Of a stretch of DNA of 32,000 nucleotides, positions 1 to 10,661 are shown piece by piece. Made by a program: the position numbers and the translations under genes. Source of the stretch: Candidatus Omnitrophota bacterium (lineage in GTDB: Bacteria; Omnitrophota; Gorgyraeia; Duberdicusellales; 4484-171); the NCBI GenBank assembly GCA_021735045.1, contig JAIPHU010000011.1, positions 1 to 32,000 on the forward strand, given 5' to 3'. The first letter of the stretch is position 1. The number at the start of each line of letters is the position of its first letter. The notes under the pieces are model-generated. The model made no database searches. It was not told where the DNA came from and saw only the letters and a program-made list of their open reading frames with translations.

Positions 1-131
1 CGAGTAATTCGGCTTAGTGCCATTAAAAATAAAGGTATTCGCTAAATAATTGCATTAGGTATAAAGGCACTGCGCCGAGTAATTCGGCTTAGTGCCATTA
101 AAAATAAAGGTATTCGCTAAATAATTGCATT
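1..131. repeat. Tandem direct repeat with 75-bp period: perfect 56-bp copies at 1-56 and 76-131 separated by 19 bp. The first unit is cut by the window edge.
   Basis: Read directly: cgagtaattcggcttagtgccattaaaaataaaggtattcgctaaataattgcatt is identical at 1-56 and 76-131. Confidence 0.95.
66..96 (+). other. Stem-loop inside the 75-bp unit: ggcact-gc-gccga(gtaat)tcggc-tt-agtgcc
   Basis: Complementary arms were read directly: 6 + 5 bp of stem, a 2x2 internal loop and a 5-nt loop. The 3' half recurs at 1-21, so the 5' half of an upstream copy would lie outside the window. Confidence 0.7.
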
Positions 132-148
132 TTTAATGGGAGGGGACC

Positions 149-1114
149 ATGAAACTGAATCAAATATATAAAAAAGTAGTTGAAAAGGGAATTAGCTCAG
201 ATATTCGTTCTAAAACTGCGATTAAAAAGAATCTAGCTGAGCAAAAAAATAAATTTAATGAGTTAAAAAATAAAAGAAAAGATTATTTTGATAAAGACAC
301 TTTATTTAATCCTTTTGCTGATACCCGTATCGTCTATGGCAATCCAGATGAAAAAATTAATGCAGCAATAATCGGAATAGATATAGGAGCCGGTGAACTT
401 CTTTTAGCAGATAGATTAAATCAAAAAGGCGCAAATATTAATTTAGCTATTTCTCATCACCCGCAGGGTTATGCTCTTGCTCAATTTTATGAAGTTATGG
501 ATTTACAAATTGATGGATTTGCTGACTATGGTATTGCAATGGGGCTTTCAGAAAAATCACTTTTGCAAAGAAAAGGCCAGATAGAAAGAAGAGTGCATGC
601 GGCTAATTTTAATCGTAATCATGATATTGCCCGGCTTCTGAAATTAAACTATATGTGCATGCATACACCTTGTGATAATCTTGTTTATCAATTTTTAAGA
701 AAAAAAATTGATCAAGCTAAACCTTCAAAGCTAAAGGATATAATGGATATACTATATGCGATTGATGAGTATCAATATGCAGCAAAAAACAGCAATCCTC
801 CTAAAATTGTAACCGGCAATAAAGAATCTCGTTGCCGAAAGATTCATCTTGAATTTACCGGAGGAACAGAGGGGCCTGAAGATATTTATAAAGAATTAGC
901 AGCCAAGGGAATAGATACCATTGTTGCTATGCACCAATCAGAAAATCACTATAAAAAATGTAAAGAAGCTAAAATCAATGTGATCTTTGCTTCTCATATA
1001 GCTTCTGATACTGTTGGAGTAAATTTAATGCTTGATCAACTTCAGGCAGAGAAGAATTTCCGGATTTATGAAGCTGGTGGTTTCCGGCGAATCAAACGCA
1101 AAATAAAAGGATAA
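149..1114 (+). CDS. NIF3-family (Nif3-like dinuclear metal centre) protein
   Basis: Motifs LAISHHPQGY, CMHTPCDN and the C-terminal MHQSENH...FASHIASD match the conserved His/Asp metal-ligand pattern of the NIF3/YbgI/YqfO family. The SD gggagggg lies just upstream of ATG 149. The gene sits next to dnaG-rpoD, as NIF3 homologues often do. Confidence 0.75.
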   Translation: MKLNQIYKKVVEKGISSDIRSKTAIKKNLAEQKNKFNELKNKRKDYFDKDTLFNPFADTRIVYGNPDEKINAAIIGIDIGAGELLLADRLNQKGANINLAISHHPQGYALAQFYEVMDLQIDGFADYGIAMGLSEKSLLQRKGQIERRVHAANFNRNHDIARLLKLNYMCMHTPCDNLVYQFLRKKIDQAKPSKLKDIMDILYAIDEYQYAAKNSNPPKIVTGNKESRCRKIHLEFTGGTEGPEDIYKELAAKGIDTIVAMHQSENHYKKCKEAKINVIFASHIASDTVGVNLMLDQLQAEKNFRIYEAGGFRRIKRKIKG

Positions 1115-1200
1115 AGGTTCAAAGGTAAAGGATAAAGTAGAAGATGTATCTTAACCTTCAATTTTTAATTTTTAACCTTTAACCTTTTCCCTTTAACCTT
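1106..1200 (+). repeat. Imperfect palindrome with heptamer-repeat arms: about 5 x (t)aaagg(a/t) at 1106-1137 facing 7 x tttaacc-like heptads at 1150-1198
   Basis: Right arm parsed in 7-nt steps: cttaacc ttcaatt tttaatt tttaacc tttaacc ttttccc tttaacc. The left arm is the complementary word and overlaps the NIF3-like stop codon (1112-1114). Confidence 0.85.
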
Positions 1201-1206
1201 AATAAT

Positions 1207-2982
1207 ATGATTCCAGATAAATTTATTGAAGAAGTACAATCACGTACAGATATTGTTGATGTTATTTCAGGATATCTGCCGCTTAAAAAAACCGGAAGAA
1301 ACTTTAAGGCTTGTTGTCCTTTTCATTCGGAAAAAACCCCATCGTTTATAGTTAGCCCACAGAAACAAATTTTCCACTGTTTTGGCTGCGGCCAAGGAGG
1401 GGGAGTATTCCAATTTTTAATGCAGATAGAAAAAATTAGTTTTCCTGAAGCAGTAGAAATGCTAGCCAAAAAGCTGGGGATGACGATATCTTATCAAAAA
1501 AGTAAGGATGGACAGCTAAAAAGTTCTTGTTATAACGCAACCGAAGAAGCGTCTTTGTTTTATCACAATATTTTAAAATCAAATAAGTGGCAGAGTGTCC
1601 TAGATTATTTAAAAAGAAGGGGTATAGCTGAAAAAACTATTGAGACTTTTAGGTTGGGGTTTGCGCCGGGAAGAAATTCTTTACTTAATCATATGAGAAA
1701 AAAGAATTTTACCTTAGGCGTGCTTGATAAAGCTTCTTTGATTAGTTCGTCAGGAGGAAGTTTTCGAGATGTTTTTTGTGACCGGATTTTATTTCCCATA
1801 TTTGATATAAGAGATAGAGTGGTTGGATTTGGTGGCCGTATTTGGAAAGAAAAAAAAGAATCTCCTAAGTATATTAATTCCAGCGAAAGTTTAATTTATA
1901 GTAAAAGAAAAACTCTTTTTGGCCTAAACTTAGCTAAAAAACAAATTATAAAAGAAGACACTGTTCTGGTGGTAGAAGGCTATCTTGATATGATTAGTCC
2001 GTTTATGCGTGGGGTAAAAAATATAGTAGCTTCATCAGGGACAGCTTTAACTCAAGAACAGATTAAACTTTTGACTCGGTTTTGTTCAAAAGTAATTTTA
2101 GTTTTTGATTCAGATAGTGCTGGTGAATCAGCTATGCTTAGAACTATAGATTTGTTGCTTCAAAATCAAGTTCAGATTGGAATAGTTATTTTGCCTCAAG
2201 GAGAAGACCCGGATTCAATTGTAAGAAAAAAAGGTAAAGATTATTTTTTAAATTTAGCTGATCAATCTTTGGATTTTTTTGATTTTAAGCTAGGCGTCTT
2301 AACTAAAAGGTTTAATCCAGAAAATATTGAGGATAAAAGCAAGATTGTAGAAGATATGCTTGCAACTTTTAACAAAATACAGAATGAAGTGAAAAAATAT
2401 CAATATATAACTAAATTGGCTAAAAAACTTAATTTAAAAGAAGAAGTGGTAATTTCTGAATACAAAAGAAAATTTTTGGCTAAATCAAACTACCAAAATA
2501 AAAAGCAATCTTTATCTTTTTCTAAAAAAGAAATTTTAAAACAGATGCCTTCGGTTACCGAAAAAATTTTAATTAAAGCTATGTTTACTAACTATAAAAT
2601 ATTTTCCTTAGTGAGGAATAATTTTAAAGTCGAAGATTTTACCAATCCTTTGACTAAAAAAATAGTAAGTTTTTTATTTGAACATTTTGGTCAACAGCAA
2701 AAATCAACTAATGAATTACTGGCAACTATTGATGATAAAATGATAAGTGGTTTTGTCAGTCAAATTTTATTAGAAGATGATCTTCCTCAAGATAAGGATA
2801 CCGTAAAAGAAGCTCTGGTCAAGCTACATAAAAAACGCGCAAATCAACAGAAAGATGCATTAAGGCTTAAGATTAAAAATACAAAAGATAAAGAAACCAG
2901 AGAAAAATTAGAAAGAGAACTTATTGCCAAATATAATAAAGTTAACAGTGAGGTTAAAGATGAGAAAGAAAAAAACAATTGA
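1207..2982 (+). CDS. dnaG: DNA primase DnaG
   Basis: CHC2 zinc finger [36 protein letters not shown] region [10 protein letters not shown] ... [11 protein letters not shown]. Classic dnaG-rpoD synteny. Confidence 0.95.
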   Translation: MIPDKFIEEVQSRTDIVDVISGYLPLKKTGRNFKACCPFHSEKTPSFIVSPQKQIFHCFGCGQGGGVFQFLMQIEKISFPEAVEMLAKKLGMTISYQKSKDGQLKSSCYNATEEASLFYHNILKSNKWQSVLDYLKRRGIAEKTIETFRLGFAPGRNSLLNHMRKKNFTLGVLDKASLISSSGGSFRDVFCDRILFPIFDIRDRVVGFGGRIWKEKKESPKYINSSESLIYSKRKTLFGLNLAKKQIIKEDTVLVVEGYLDMISPFMRGVKNIVASSGTALTQEQIKLLTRFCSKVILVFDSDSAGESAMLRTIDLLLQNQVQIGIVILPQGEDPDSIVRKKGKDYFLNLADQSLDFFDFKLGVLTKRFNPENIEDKSKIVEDMLATFNKIQNEVKKYQYITKLAKKLNLKEEVVISEYKRKFLAKSNYQNKKQSLSFSKKEILKQMPSVTEKILIKAMFTNYKIFSLVRNNFKVEDFTNPLTKKIVSFLFEHFGQQQKSTNELLATIDDKMISGFVSQILLEDDLPQDKDTVKEALVKLHKKRANQQKDALRLKIKNTKDKETREKLERELIAKYNKVNSEVKDEKEKNN

Positions 2983-4498
2983 AAGAAACGTAAATCAACT
3001 AGTTGATTTAGGCAAAAAGAAAGGGTATTTAACTTATGATGAGATAAACCATTTTCTTTCTGAGGATTTAAACAAGCCTGAAGAGCTAGAGATGGTTTTT
3101 CAAAAGTTAGATGAAAAAAAGATAGGGATATTAGAAACTAAAGAAGTTACCGAAGTAGAAAAAGAAAAGAAAAAAGAGAAACCTACTAAATCTGGCCCTA
3201 TTGATGATCCGGTTAAGATGTATCTTAAACAGATGGGCCAAATTCCTTTGCTTTCTAGGGAAGAAGAAATTGGTCTAGCTAAAAAGATTGAGGCTAGGGA
3301 GATTGATCTACGTGATGAGGTTTTCTCAACCGGTATTGCTAAAGATATATTCATAGATATTTCACAGAAGTTGGTCAGGGGCCAACTAAATCCGGATGAT
3401 TTTGTTAAAGGGGAAATTAAAGATAAAGAACAAGAAACTGAAAGAATTAGAAAATTATATGCACGTCTTTCTCGAACTAAAAAAGTTAACACTCAAAAGA
3501 AAATTCTTAATAAATATAATTTCACAATTAAGATAATCGAAAAAATTCTAGATAAGATAAGATACACAGTATCTGAAGTAATTAAACTGAATAAACAAAT
3601 TGATAAATTAAAAAACAAAAAGAAAAAACAAACAGAACGGCGCCGGTTTATGAGGGAAAAGAGGGCGTTAGTTAAAAAGCTTGGCTTTCCCGAAAAATCT
3701 ACTAAAGCAAAAATGAAAACAATTTCTCAGAGAGCGGTTTTTTATAATGCTGCCAAACGGCAATTGGTTGAAGCAAATCTACGTTTGGTAGTTAGTATCG
3801 CAAAAAAATATGTAAATCGGGGGCTTTCTTTTCTAGATTTAATCCAAGAAGGCAATATGGGGCTGATTAAAGCAGTGGAGAAGTTTGAATATAAAAGGGG
3901 CTATAAGTTTTCTACTTATGCTACCTGGTGGATAAGGCAGGCAATAACTCGGGCTATAGCCGATCAAGCTCGGACTATAAGGATACCAGTTCATATGACA
4001 GAAACGATAAATAAGATAATTCGCCTATCTAGGCTTTATATCCAAGAAAAAGGTAAAGAGCCTACTCCTGAAGAACTGGCTTCTGAGTTAGAACTTCCGG
4101 TTTCTAAAATAAAAGATATTTTAAAAGTTTCCCAACAACCAATATCTATTCATACCCCGATTGGAGATGAAGGAGATACTTCTTTTGGAGATTTTCTTGA
4201 AGATAAAAAAGCTACCTCTCCGGCTAATGCTACAGTGTTTTCGATGTTGAAAGAAGAGTTAGGCCATATAATGCAGGGTTTAACTGACCGCGAAAAAGAT
4301 ATTCTTACCTTAAGGTTTGGCCTAGAAGACGGTAGCCCTAAAACTTTAGAAGAAGTGGGTTCGGCGTTTAAAGTCACCCGAGAAAGAATCAGGCAAATTG
4401 AAGCTAAGGCTTTGCGAAAACTGCGTCATCCTAGCCGTAGCCGCCGTCTTCAAACTTTTCTAGAGTTGACTTTGTATAAAGATAAACAGAAGGGATAA
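2960..4498 (+). CDS. rpoD: Primary RNA polymerase sigma factor RpoD (sigma-70)
   Basis: Region 2 [50 protein letters not shown]. Region 4 [30 protein letters not shown]. The ORF opens at 2924, but ATG 2960 is preceded by gaggt at 2948-2952, so 2960 is preferred. Confidence 0.95.
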   Translation: MRKKKTIERNVNQLVDLGKKKGYLTYDEINHFLSEDLNKPEELEMVFQKLDEKKIGILETKEVTEVEKEKKKEKPTKSGPIDDPVKMYLKQMGQIPLLSREEEIGLAKKIEAREIDLRDEVFSTGIAKDIFIDISQKLVRGQLNPDDFVKGEIKDKEQETERIRKLYARLSRTKKVNTQKKILNKYNFTIKIIEKILDKIRYTVSEVIKLNKQIDKLKNKKKKQTERRRFMREKRALVKKLGFPEKSTKAKMKTISQRAVFYNAAKRQLVEANLRLVVSIAKKYVNRGLSFLDLIQEGNMGLIKAVEKFEYKRGYKFSTYATWWIRQAITRAIADQARTIRIPVHMTETINKIIRLSRLYIQEKGKEPTPEELASELELPVSKIKDILKVSQQPISIHTPIGDEGDTSFGDFLEDKKATSPANATVFSMLKEELGHIMQGLTDREKDILTLRFGLEDGSPKTLEEVGSAFKVTRERIRQIEAKALRKLRHPSRSRRLQTFLELTLYKDKQKG

Positions 4499-4510
4499 CG
4501 GATATTTGCT

Positions 4511-4588
4511 TTACGTTCGATGTGCGACGTTCAATGTTATTAATAAAAAAAATCTAACTTAGAACATAGAACATCGAACGAAACATTG
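4511..4588 (+). repeat. Imperfect palindrome with heptamer-repeat arms between rpoD and gatC
   Basis: Left arm: ttacgtt cgatgtg cgacgtt caatgtt (4511-4538). Right arm: agaacat agaacat cgaacga aacattg (4561-4588). Perfect 10-bp core cgttcgatgt (4514-4523) pairs with acatcgaacg (4571-4580). The loop is A-rich. Confidence 0.85.
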
Positions 4589-4603
4589 GAGGGTTTAATC
4601 ATT

Positions 4604-4888
4604 ATGATTGATCAGAAAGTAGTAGAATATATAGCTAAGTTAGCAAAAGTTGAAATTAATGAGCAAGAAAAAGATTTTTTGTCTTCCCAGCTTTCTAAAA
4701 TTATCAGCTATATTGACAAATTAAAAGAGGTTGATACAAAAAAAGTTAAACCAATGAGAGGCCTATATACAGGTAAAGAGTTAATGCGTAAAGATCAAGT
4801 AAAAATTAGTTCAGCTAGAGAAGATATTTTAAAAAATGCACCTGATTTTTTGGATGATTATTTTAAGATTCCTAAAGTTATAAAATAA
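4604..4888 (+). CDS. gatC: Asp/Glu-tRNA amidotransferase subunit C
   Basis: Small protein (about 94 aa) with a GatC-like sequence, directly upstream of gatA-gatB. The ORF-track start 4586 is a TTG inside the SD ggaggg (4588-4593), so ATG 4604 is preferred. Confidence 0.85.
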   Translation: MIDQKVVEYIAKLAKVEINEQEKDFLSSQLSKIISYIDKLKEVDTKKVKPMRGLYTGKELMRKDQVKISSAREDILKNAPDFLDDYFKIPKVIK

Positions 4889-4900
4889 AAAAAGGAAAAA

Positions 4901-6337
4901 ATGGATAAAAAATTAATAAAAAGTTCGGCTTGTGAGATTGCCAAAGCGATAAAGAATAGAGAAACGACTAGCTCAGAAGTTTATTCATTTTTTCAAAAAA
5001 GGATTACAAAACTAAATCCGTCTTTAAATATTTTTATTGATATCTATAAAAACTCTTCCTCTTTAGGTGGCCTTTCAGCTTTAGCCGGGGTACCTATTGG
5101 GATAAAAGATAATATATCGATTAAAGGTAAAAAAATCACCTGTGCTTCATCAATTCTTGCCTCGCACAAAGCAGTTTATGATGCGACTGTAATAGAAAAG
5201 ATAAAGTCTTCTGGGTTGAGCCTAATGGGTACAACTAATATGGATGAGTTTGCCTTTGGTTCATCTACTGAAAATTCTTGTTATGGCCCGGCTAAGAACC
5301 CTTGGGATAAAACTAGAGTCGTAGGCGGCTCAAGCGGAGGTTCAGCTGCTGCCGTAGCGGCTAGACTGGTGCCTTTTGCCCTAGGTTCAGATACAGGTGG
5401 TTCTATCCGTCAGCCCGCCTCTTTTTGCGGGGTGGTTGGGTTAAAACCTACCTATGGCAGGGTTTCACGTTATGGTTTAGTTGCTTTTGGCTCCAGTCTT
5501 GATCAAATTGGGCCAATTACAACCAATATAGAAGATTGCGCCCATCTGCTTAATGTTATATCTGGTTTTGATAGTTCTGATTCTACTTCCGCTAAGCTAG
5601 AGCCTGGTGATTTCACAGAATCTCTAGGTAAAGATATAGCTAACTTAAAAATAGGTATACCTAAGGAGTATTTTGACCAGGGCCTTGATCCGGAAGTTAA
5701 GAAAAAACTAGATCAAGCAATAGATTTTTTTAAGAAAAAGAAGGTAAAATTCAAAGAAATATCATTGCCTCATACCCAATATGCAGTGCCCACTTATTAT
5801 ATAATCTCTTCTTCCGAAGCAAGTTCTAATCTACAAAGATTTGATGGGATACGTTATGGAAAGCGAGTTGAGGCGGATAACTTATTAAAAACTTATCAAA
5901 AAAGCCGGCATCAAGGCTTAGGTAATGAAGCCAAAAGACGAATTTTTTTAGGTACTTATAGTTTATCTAGTGGCTACTATGATGCCTACTATCTTAAAGC
6001 TTTAAAAGTAAGAAAATTAATAAAAAATGATTTTGATCAAGCTTTTCAGGAGTTAGATGCGATTATTACTCCTACTTCTCCTAGCCCTGCTTTTAAAATA
6101 GGCCAAAAAACAGAAGATCCTTTAAGTATGTATTTGTCTGATATTTATACTATTTCTTCTAATTTGGCAGGAGTCCCTGCTATATCGTTGCCCTGTGGTT
6201 TTACAAAAAATAATTTACCGTTGGGGATGCAGCTAATAACAAAAGAGTTTGATGAAGCAACACTTATGAAGCTAGGATCTGCATTTCAGCAGGGTACAGA
6301 TTTTCATAAAAAAATTCCGGAGTTAGGTAATGTTTGA
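4901..6337 (+). CDS. gatA: Asp/Glu-tRNA amidotransferase subunit A
   Basis: Amidase signature [13 protein letters not shown] ... [16 protein letters not shown]. Position between gatC and gatB. Confidence 0.95.
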   Translation: MDKKLIKSSACEIAKAIKNRETTSSEVYSFFQKRITKLNPSLNIFIDIYKNSSSLGGLSALAGVPIGIKDNISIKGKKITCASSILASHKAVYDATVIEKIKSSGLSLMGTTNMDEFAFGSSTENSCYGPAKNPWDKTRVVGGSSGGSAAAVAARLVPFALGSDTGGSIRQPASFCGVVGLKPTYGRVSRYGLVAFGSSLDQIGPITTNIEDCAHLLNVISGFDSSDSTSAKLEPGDFTESLGKDIANLKIGIPKEYFDQGLDPEVKKKLDQAIDFFKKKKVKFKEISLPHTQYAVPTYYIISSSEASSNLQRFDGIRYGKRVEADNLLKTYQKSRHQGLGNEAKRRIFLGTYSLSSGYYDAYYLKALKVRKLIKNDFDQAFQELDAIITPTSPSPAFKIGQKTEDPLSMYLSDIYTISSNLAGVPAISLPCGFTKNNLPLGMQLITKEFDEATLMKLGSAFQQGTDFHKKIPELGNV

Positions 6338-7742
6338 TACAGTAATTGGCCTTGAAGTTCATGTCCAGCTGAATACTAAATCTAAAATTTTCTGTTCTTG
6401 CTCTACTCAGTTTGAAAGCCCGCCGAATACAAATATTTGTCCGGTTTGTTGTGGTTATCCGGGTGTTTTACCTGTGTTTAACCAAGAGGCTTTAAGGCTG
6501 GGCTTACGAGTTGGGATTGCTTTAAACTGTAAGATTAATAGCAGTATCTATTTTGAAAGAAAAAATTATTTTTATCCCGACTTACCTAAAGATTATCAGA
6601 TATCTCAATATAAAAGCCCTCTTGGCTATCAAGGTAGTTTGAAAATAGACGCTGGGAAAAAGATTGGGATAGAGCGAATCCATCTAGAAGAAGATGCAGG
6701 AAAACTGATACATAAAGGTAACTATTCTTTAGTTGATTTTAACCGCACTGGTATTCCACTTCTAGAGATAGTGTCTTTACCTCAGCTAACTAGTCCTAAG
6801 GAGGCCTTTGATTACCTTCAATCCCTGAAATTAATTTTACAATATATAGGGGTTTCATCTTGCGATATGGAAAAGGGTTACTTGCGTTGTGATGCTAATA
6901 TTTCTTTAAAGAAAAAAGATGCTAATATTTTTGGGACCAAAGTAGAGTTAAAAAATATGAATAGTTTCAAAGGGGTTAAAGCAGCCCTAGAGTATGAGAT
7001 TAAAAGACAAACTAAGCAACTTAAAGACAAAAAAATAATTATTCAGGAGACAAGGCTTTGGGATTCAGACAAGTTAAAAACAATTGCTATGCGCAGTAAA
7101 GAAGAAGCTCACGATTACCGTTATTTTCCTGAACCAGACCTACCTGATTTTGCAGTACCAGCTGAGCTTATCAAACAAGAAAGAGAATCTTTAGAAGAAT
7201 TGCCCAAAGCAAGAGTGGAACGTTTTATAAAACAATATCAACTTAGTAAAGAGGAAAGTTCTCTTCTTGTTGAGAATAAGCAATTAGCAGATTTTTTTGA
7301 AAAAGTTCTGGATTTTTTTAATGAACCTAAAAAAGTATATAAACTATTGTTCGGGCCCTTTTTAGAACAAGTTAAACTATTAGAAAGCGGTTTTAGTGGT
7401 ATTAAAATTTCTGCCAAAGATTTTGCTAAAGTGGTAAAATATTTTAACCAAAAAAAGATAAATAACCGCGGCGTTAAAAAAATTCTTGCTATAGCTGTAC
7501 CGGAAAAAAAAGATATAGATAAAATAATCAAGGCTGAAGGGTTAATCCAGCTCTCAGATCAAAAGGGGCTAGAAGAGATAGCCGAAAAAATATTAGAAAA
7601 TAATCCAAAAGCTATTAAAGAATATAAACAGGGTAAAACAAAAGCAATTCAATTTTTATTGGGGCAAGTCATGAAAGAAACAAGGGGTAGGGCAAATCCC
7701 CAGTTGGTTCGCAAAATTTTTGAAAGGAGGTTAAAGGAATGA
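6330..7742 (+). CDS. gatB: Asp/Glu-tRNA amidotransferase subunit B
   Basis: N-terminus [29 protein letters not shown], and the C-terminal GatB/YqeY tail [15 protein letters not shown]. It overlaps gatA by 8 nt. Confidence 0.95.
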   Translation: MFDTVIGLEVHVQLNTKSKIFCSCSTQFESPPNTNICPVCCGYPGVLPVFNQEALRLGLRVGIALNCKINSSIYFERKNYFYPDLPKDYQISQYKSPLGYQGSLKIDAGKKIGIERIHLEEDAGKLIHKGNYSLVDFNRTGIPLLEIVSLPQLTSPKEAFDYLQSLKLILQYIGVSSCDMEKGYLRCDANISLKKKDANIFGTKVELKNMNSFKGVKAALEYEIKRQTKQLKDKKIIIQETRLWDSDKLKTIAMRSKEEAHDYRYFPEPDLPDFAVPAELIKQERESLEELPKARVERFIKQYQLSKEESSLLVENKQLADFFEKVLDFFNEPKKVYKLLFGPFLEQVKLLESGFSGIKISAKDFAKVVKYFNQKKINNRGVKKILAIAVPEKKDIDKIIKAEGLIQLSDQKGLEEIAEKILENNPKAIKEYKQGKTKAIQFLLGQVMKETRGRANPQLVRKIFERRLKE

Positions 7743-8947
7743 GAAAAAGAGTTATTTTGTTTTTATTGGTAGTTTTGGTAGTAAGTATTTTCGGTTATGG
7801 AGTAGGCCATTCTTTAGGGGAGGAAAAAGAAACCGCCTTAAAAAATTTAGATATTTTAGGCGAAGGTATAGCTACAATTGAAGATAAATATGTAGAAAAA
7901 CAAAAATTAAAAGATATAATCTATGGAGCAATGAAAGGAGCCCTGGCTTCATTAGATTCTTATAGCCAATTCTTGACTCCTGATGATTATAAAAATTTAA
8001 TAGTTGAGACTGAAGGTAAATTTGGTGGTTTAGGAATTGAGATTACAATTAGAGATAGTGTACTTACCATAATATCTCCTATAGAAGATACACCAGCTTG
8101 GGAGGCAGGCATTGAACCTGGTGATATTATTGTTGAGATTGATGGGGAGTCTACTAAGGATATTACTTTAAATGAAGCAGTTAAAAAATTAAGGGGGGAA
8201 CCAGGAACAAAAGTTACCCTGACAGTTTTACATCCTAACCAACGTGAGGTTTCCGAAATTGAGATAACTCGGGGAATAATTAAGATAGAAGATATTAAAA
8301 ACAGTTCTATATTAGAGGATGATATTGGCTATGTTAAAATAGCTGAGTTTAGAGAATCTACCGCAAAGGATTTAGAGAGAGCATTGGCAGACTTAAAAAA
8401 GAAAAAATTAGCAGGGTTAATTTTAGATATGCGTAATAATCCTGGAGGGTTGCTTTCATCAGCGGTTGATGTTTCTAGCTTATTTTTAAAAAAGGGGTTA
8501 GAAATAGTCTCAATAGATTCAAGAAATCAAGAAAAGGTAGTTTATAAGTCGGATTCTTTTTCTCCGAAGCTTATAGAGATACCAGTTGTAGTTTTAATCA
8601 ATAAAGGAAGCGCTTCTGGTTCAGAAATTGTAGCTGCAGCTCTTCGGGATAATAATCGTGCTGTACTCATAGGAGAGACTACTTTTGGGAAGGGTTCGGT
8701 ACAAACTATTATTCCTTTATCCGATGGTTCAGCTATGCGTCTTACGACTTCCCGTTACTATACGCCAGCCGGGATAAGTATTCATGAAAAAGGGATAAAA
8801 CCAGATATAGTTGTTGTCAAAAAAGAAGTTACTGAAAAAGAAGATATATTTGAAAAACTAAAAAAAGAAAAGAATTTTGAATATAAAAAAGATTATCAAC
8901 TAATCAGAGCTCTAGATTTGATGAAAGGCCTTCTTGTTTTACAATAA
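7739..8947 (+). CDS. ctpA: S41-family carboxy-terminal processing protease (PDZ domain)
   Basis: N-terminal TM helix. PDZ segment GGLGIEIT...GIEPGDIIVEIDG. S41 core RNNPGGLL, GSASGSEIVAAAL and TFGKGSVQ. ATGA overlap with gatB. Confidence 0.9.
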   Translation: MRKRVILFLLVVLVVSIFGYGVGHSLGEEKETALKNLDILGEGIATIEDKYVEKQKLKDIIYGAMKGALASLDSYSQFLTPDDYKNLIVETEGKFGGLGIEITIRDSVLTIISPIEDTPAWEAGIEPGDIIVEIDGESTKDITLNEAVKKLRGEPGTKVTLTVLHPNQREVSEIEITRGIIKIEDIKNSSILEDDIGYVKIAEFRESTAKDLERALADLKKKKLAGLILDMRNNPGGLLSSAVDVSSLFLKKGLEIVSIDSRNQEKVVYKSDSFSPKLIEIPVVVLINKGSASGSEIVAAALRDNNRAVLIGETTFGKGSVQTIIPLSDGSAMRLTTSRYYTPAGISIHEKGIKPDIVVVKKEVTEKEDIFEKLKKEKNFEYKKDYQLIRALDLMKGLLVLQ

Positions 8948-9071
8948 TCAACGAATGTAGATAATCATCAACGAATATACTAATCTGTACGAATATACCA
9001 ATAGCATTCAAATATTCGTATATTTGTAATTGATTCGTACATTCGATGATTATCTTTCTACATTCGCTGAT
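8947..9071 (+). repeat. About 125-nt imperfect palindrome, acgaat family copy 1, containing the 31-bp core at 8967-8997
   Basis: atcaacgaatgtag (8947-8960) pairs with ctacattcgctgat (9058-9071). tacgaatat (8989-8997) pairs with atattcgta (9012-9020). Intermediate arms pair with bulges. The element starts at the ctpA stop codon. Confidence 0.85.
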
Positions 9072-9098
9072 GATAACCAGTTAATTAATGTAATTTAT

Positions 9099-10094
9099 AT
9101 GTATACTTTAGGAATAGAAACTTCTTGTGATGAGACATCTGTTGCTGTGCTAAAAAACTTAACAGTTTTATCCAATCTGACCATATCTTCTTTGAAGGCT
9201 CATAAAAAATACGGTGGAGTGGTACCTGAAATTGCCAACAGAGCCCATCTTAATAATATCGATAAAGTATTAAAGCTTGCTTTAGAAGAAGCAAAAGTTA
9301 AGATTGAGGCGATAGATTTAATAGCAGCAACTTATAAACCAGGGTTAATTGGCGCTTTACTGGTAGGCCTTAATTTTGCTAAGGCTTTATCAGTAACATT
9401 GAAGGTGCCTTTTATCGGAGTTAACCATCTTCATGCACATTTTTTTTCTCCTTTCTTAAACTATAAATATAAATTACGCTTTCCTTTTTTAGGCCTAGTA
9501 GTCTCCGGTGGACATACCAGCATCTATCAAATAGAGCAGATAGATAAAATAAAAATTATTGGCAGCACCCAAGATGATGCTTGTGGTGAAACTTTAGATA
9601 AAGTAGCCCTAAACTATGGATTAGGTTATCCAGGAGGTAAGGTAATAGATAAACTATTTGAGCCTAGGTATAAAAATGCATTTAAGTTTAAATGCGGCAA
9701 GAAAGGCCTAAATTTAAGTTTTAGCGGAATTAAAACTGCCTTAGCTTATAAAAAGAATGAACTTGAGAGTAAGAAGAAAAGATTGAGCCTTGATCTTAAA
9801 AAAAAGCTTTTGTCTTCTTTTCAATTTTCTTTGGTTGAAGCAATCGTAAAAACAATAGTAGAGGCTTCTAAAACAAAGGAGATTAAACGAGTTAGTTGTG
9901 GAGGAGGAGTTATAGCCAATAGTTTTTTAAGAGATCGATTAAAACAAGAACAAAAAAAAGAGTCTATTAATTTTTTAATACCGCCTTTAGAATATACTCA
10001 AGATAATGGGGCAATGGTTGCAGGATTAGGTTTTTATTTGTATAATAAAAAGGGAGTAGCTAGTAGTTTAGCCTTAGCCGCAGGATCAAGCTGA
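9099..10094 (+). CDS. tsaD: tRNA N6-adenosine threonylcarbamoyltransferase TsaD
   Basis: LGIETSCDETSVAV, GVNHLHAH and VVSGGHTS motifs. The ORF-track start 9030 lies inside the palindrome right arm, whereas ATG 9099 gives the canonical M-x-x-LGIETSCDET N-terminus. Confidence 0.9.
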   Translation: MYTLGIETSCDETSVAVLKNLTVLSNLTISSLKAHKKYGGVVPEIANRAHLNNIDKVLKLALEEAKVKIEAIDLIAATYKPGLIGALLVGLNFAKALSVTLKVPFIGVNHLHAHFFSPFLNYKYKLRFPFLGLVVSGGHTSIYQIEQIDKIKIIGSTQDDACGETLDKVALNYGLGYPGGKVIDKLFEPRYKNAFKFKCGKKGLNLSFSGIKTALAYKKNELESKKKRLSLDLKKKLLSSFQFSLVEAIVKTIVEASKTKEIKRVSCGGGVIANSFLRDRLKQEQKKESINFLIPPLEYTQDNGAMVAGLGFYLYNKKGVASSLALAAGSS

Positions 10095-10522
10095 TGAATA
10101 TTTTAACTACAGCATTTCGATTAATATTAGCTTTTATTTTAGGAAGTGTTATTGGCTATGAACGTGAGAGAAAAAAGCGCAGAGCCGGTTTGCGTACTCA
10201 TATTTTAGTTTGTGTGGGCTCGGCTCTTATTATGTTGGTGTCTTTGTATGTATACCATCTTTACGGTGAAAGCGTAGCTATTGATCCGACCCGAATTGCA
10301 GCCGGAGTAGTTACCGGTATAGGATTTCTAGGAGCAGGGACTATTATTCGAAGCTCTGAAGGTGTAAAAGGGTTAACTACTGCAGCAAGCATTTGGCTAG
10401 CGTCTGCTATCGGATTGGCGGTTGGCTGCGGTTTTATTAGTGCAGCTTTGATAGCAACTTTTTTAGTTTATCTTATACTTTCTTTTTTAAAAAGAATAGA
10501 AAAAGAAAAAATTAAAAAATAA
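10094..10522 (+). CDS. MgtC/SapB-family membrane protein
   Basis: GYERERKKRRAGLRTHILV motif and four hydrophobic helices, with size typical of the MgtC N-terminal domain. Overlaps the tsaD stop by 1 nt (TGATG). Confidence 0.85.
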   Translation: MNILTTAFRLILAFILGSVIGYERERKKRRAGLRTHILVCVGSALIMLVSLYVYHLYGESVAIDPTRIAAGVVTGIGFLGAGTIIRSSEGVKGLTTAASIWLASAIGLAVGCGFISAALIATFLVYLILSFLKRIEKEKIKK

Positions 10523-10549
10523 AAAAAGCATCTTTGATGAGTAAAGAAA

Positions 10550-10634
10550 ATCAACGAATTTACTAATCTCTACGAATATACAAATTGTTTTATATTTATT
10601 CGTAAATTCGTAACAAATTCGTACATTCGTTGAT
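10550..10634 (+). repeat. Imperfect palindrome, acgaat family copy 2, with the 31-bp core at 10550-10580
   Basis: atcaacgaat (10550-10559) pairs perfectly with attcgttgat (10625-10634). The core differs from copy 1 at 2 of 31 positions. Confidence 0.9.
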
Positions 10635-10661
10635 GACAACCAATTAACAAGGAGGTTTAAT

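Noticed and set aside
1-131. Possible CRISPR array (repeat-spacer-repeat).
   Set aside because: The repeat (56 bp) is much longer than the 19-bp spacer and only 1.75 units are visible. No cas genes are present. The architecture fits a plain tandem duplication.
3100-3492. Antisense ORFs inside well-supported genes: 3100-3492, 4150-4377, 7238-7531, 11904-12107, 15871-16071, 24834-25019, 27216-27422, 27827-28126, 27876-28151, 28213-28419 and 29644-29919, all on the - strand.
   Set aside because: Each lies wholly or largely opposite a CDS with strong family motifs (rpoD, gatB, YjbQ-like, transglutaminase-like, KS/CLF, ACP, cyclase, MFS). The translations are low-complexity (L/S/F/K-rich), there is no SD, and no family is recognisable. 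Long open antisense frames are expected in AT-rich coding DNA.
4513-4523. tRNA-like T-loop words (acgttcgatgt, cgaacg) in the rpoD-gatC gap. More generally, all gaps were checked for tRNA or other RNA genes.
   Set aside because: No acceptor or anticodon stem arrangement can be drawn around them, and they are simply the heptamer words of the palindrome. No gap in the window shows a cloverleaf-compatible layout.
9030-9098. The 5' extension of the tsaD ORF (MIRTFDDYLSTFADDNQLINVIY...).
   Set aside because: These codons are the right arm of the 8947-9071 palindrome. ATG 9099 gives the canonical TsaD N-terminus (M-x-x-LGIETSCDET).
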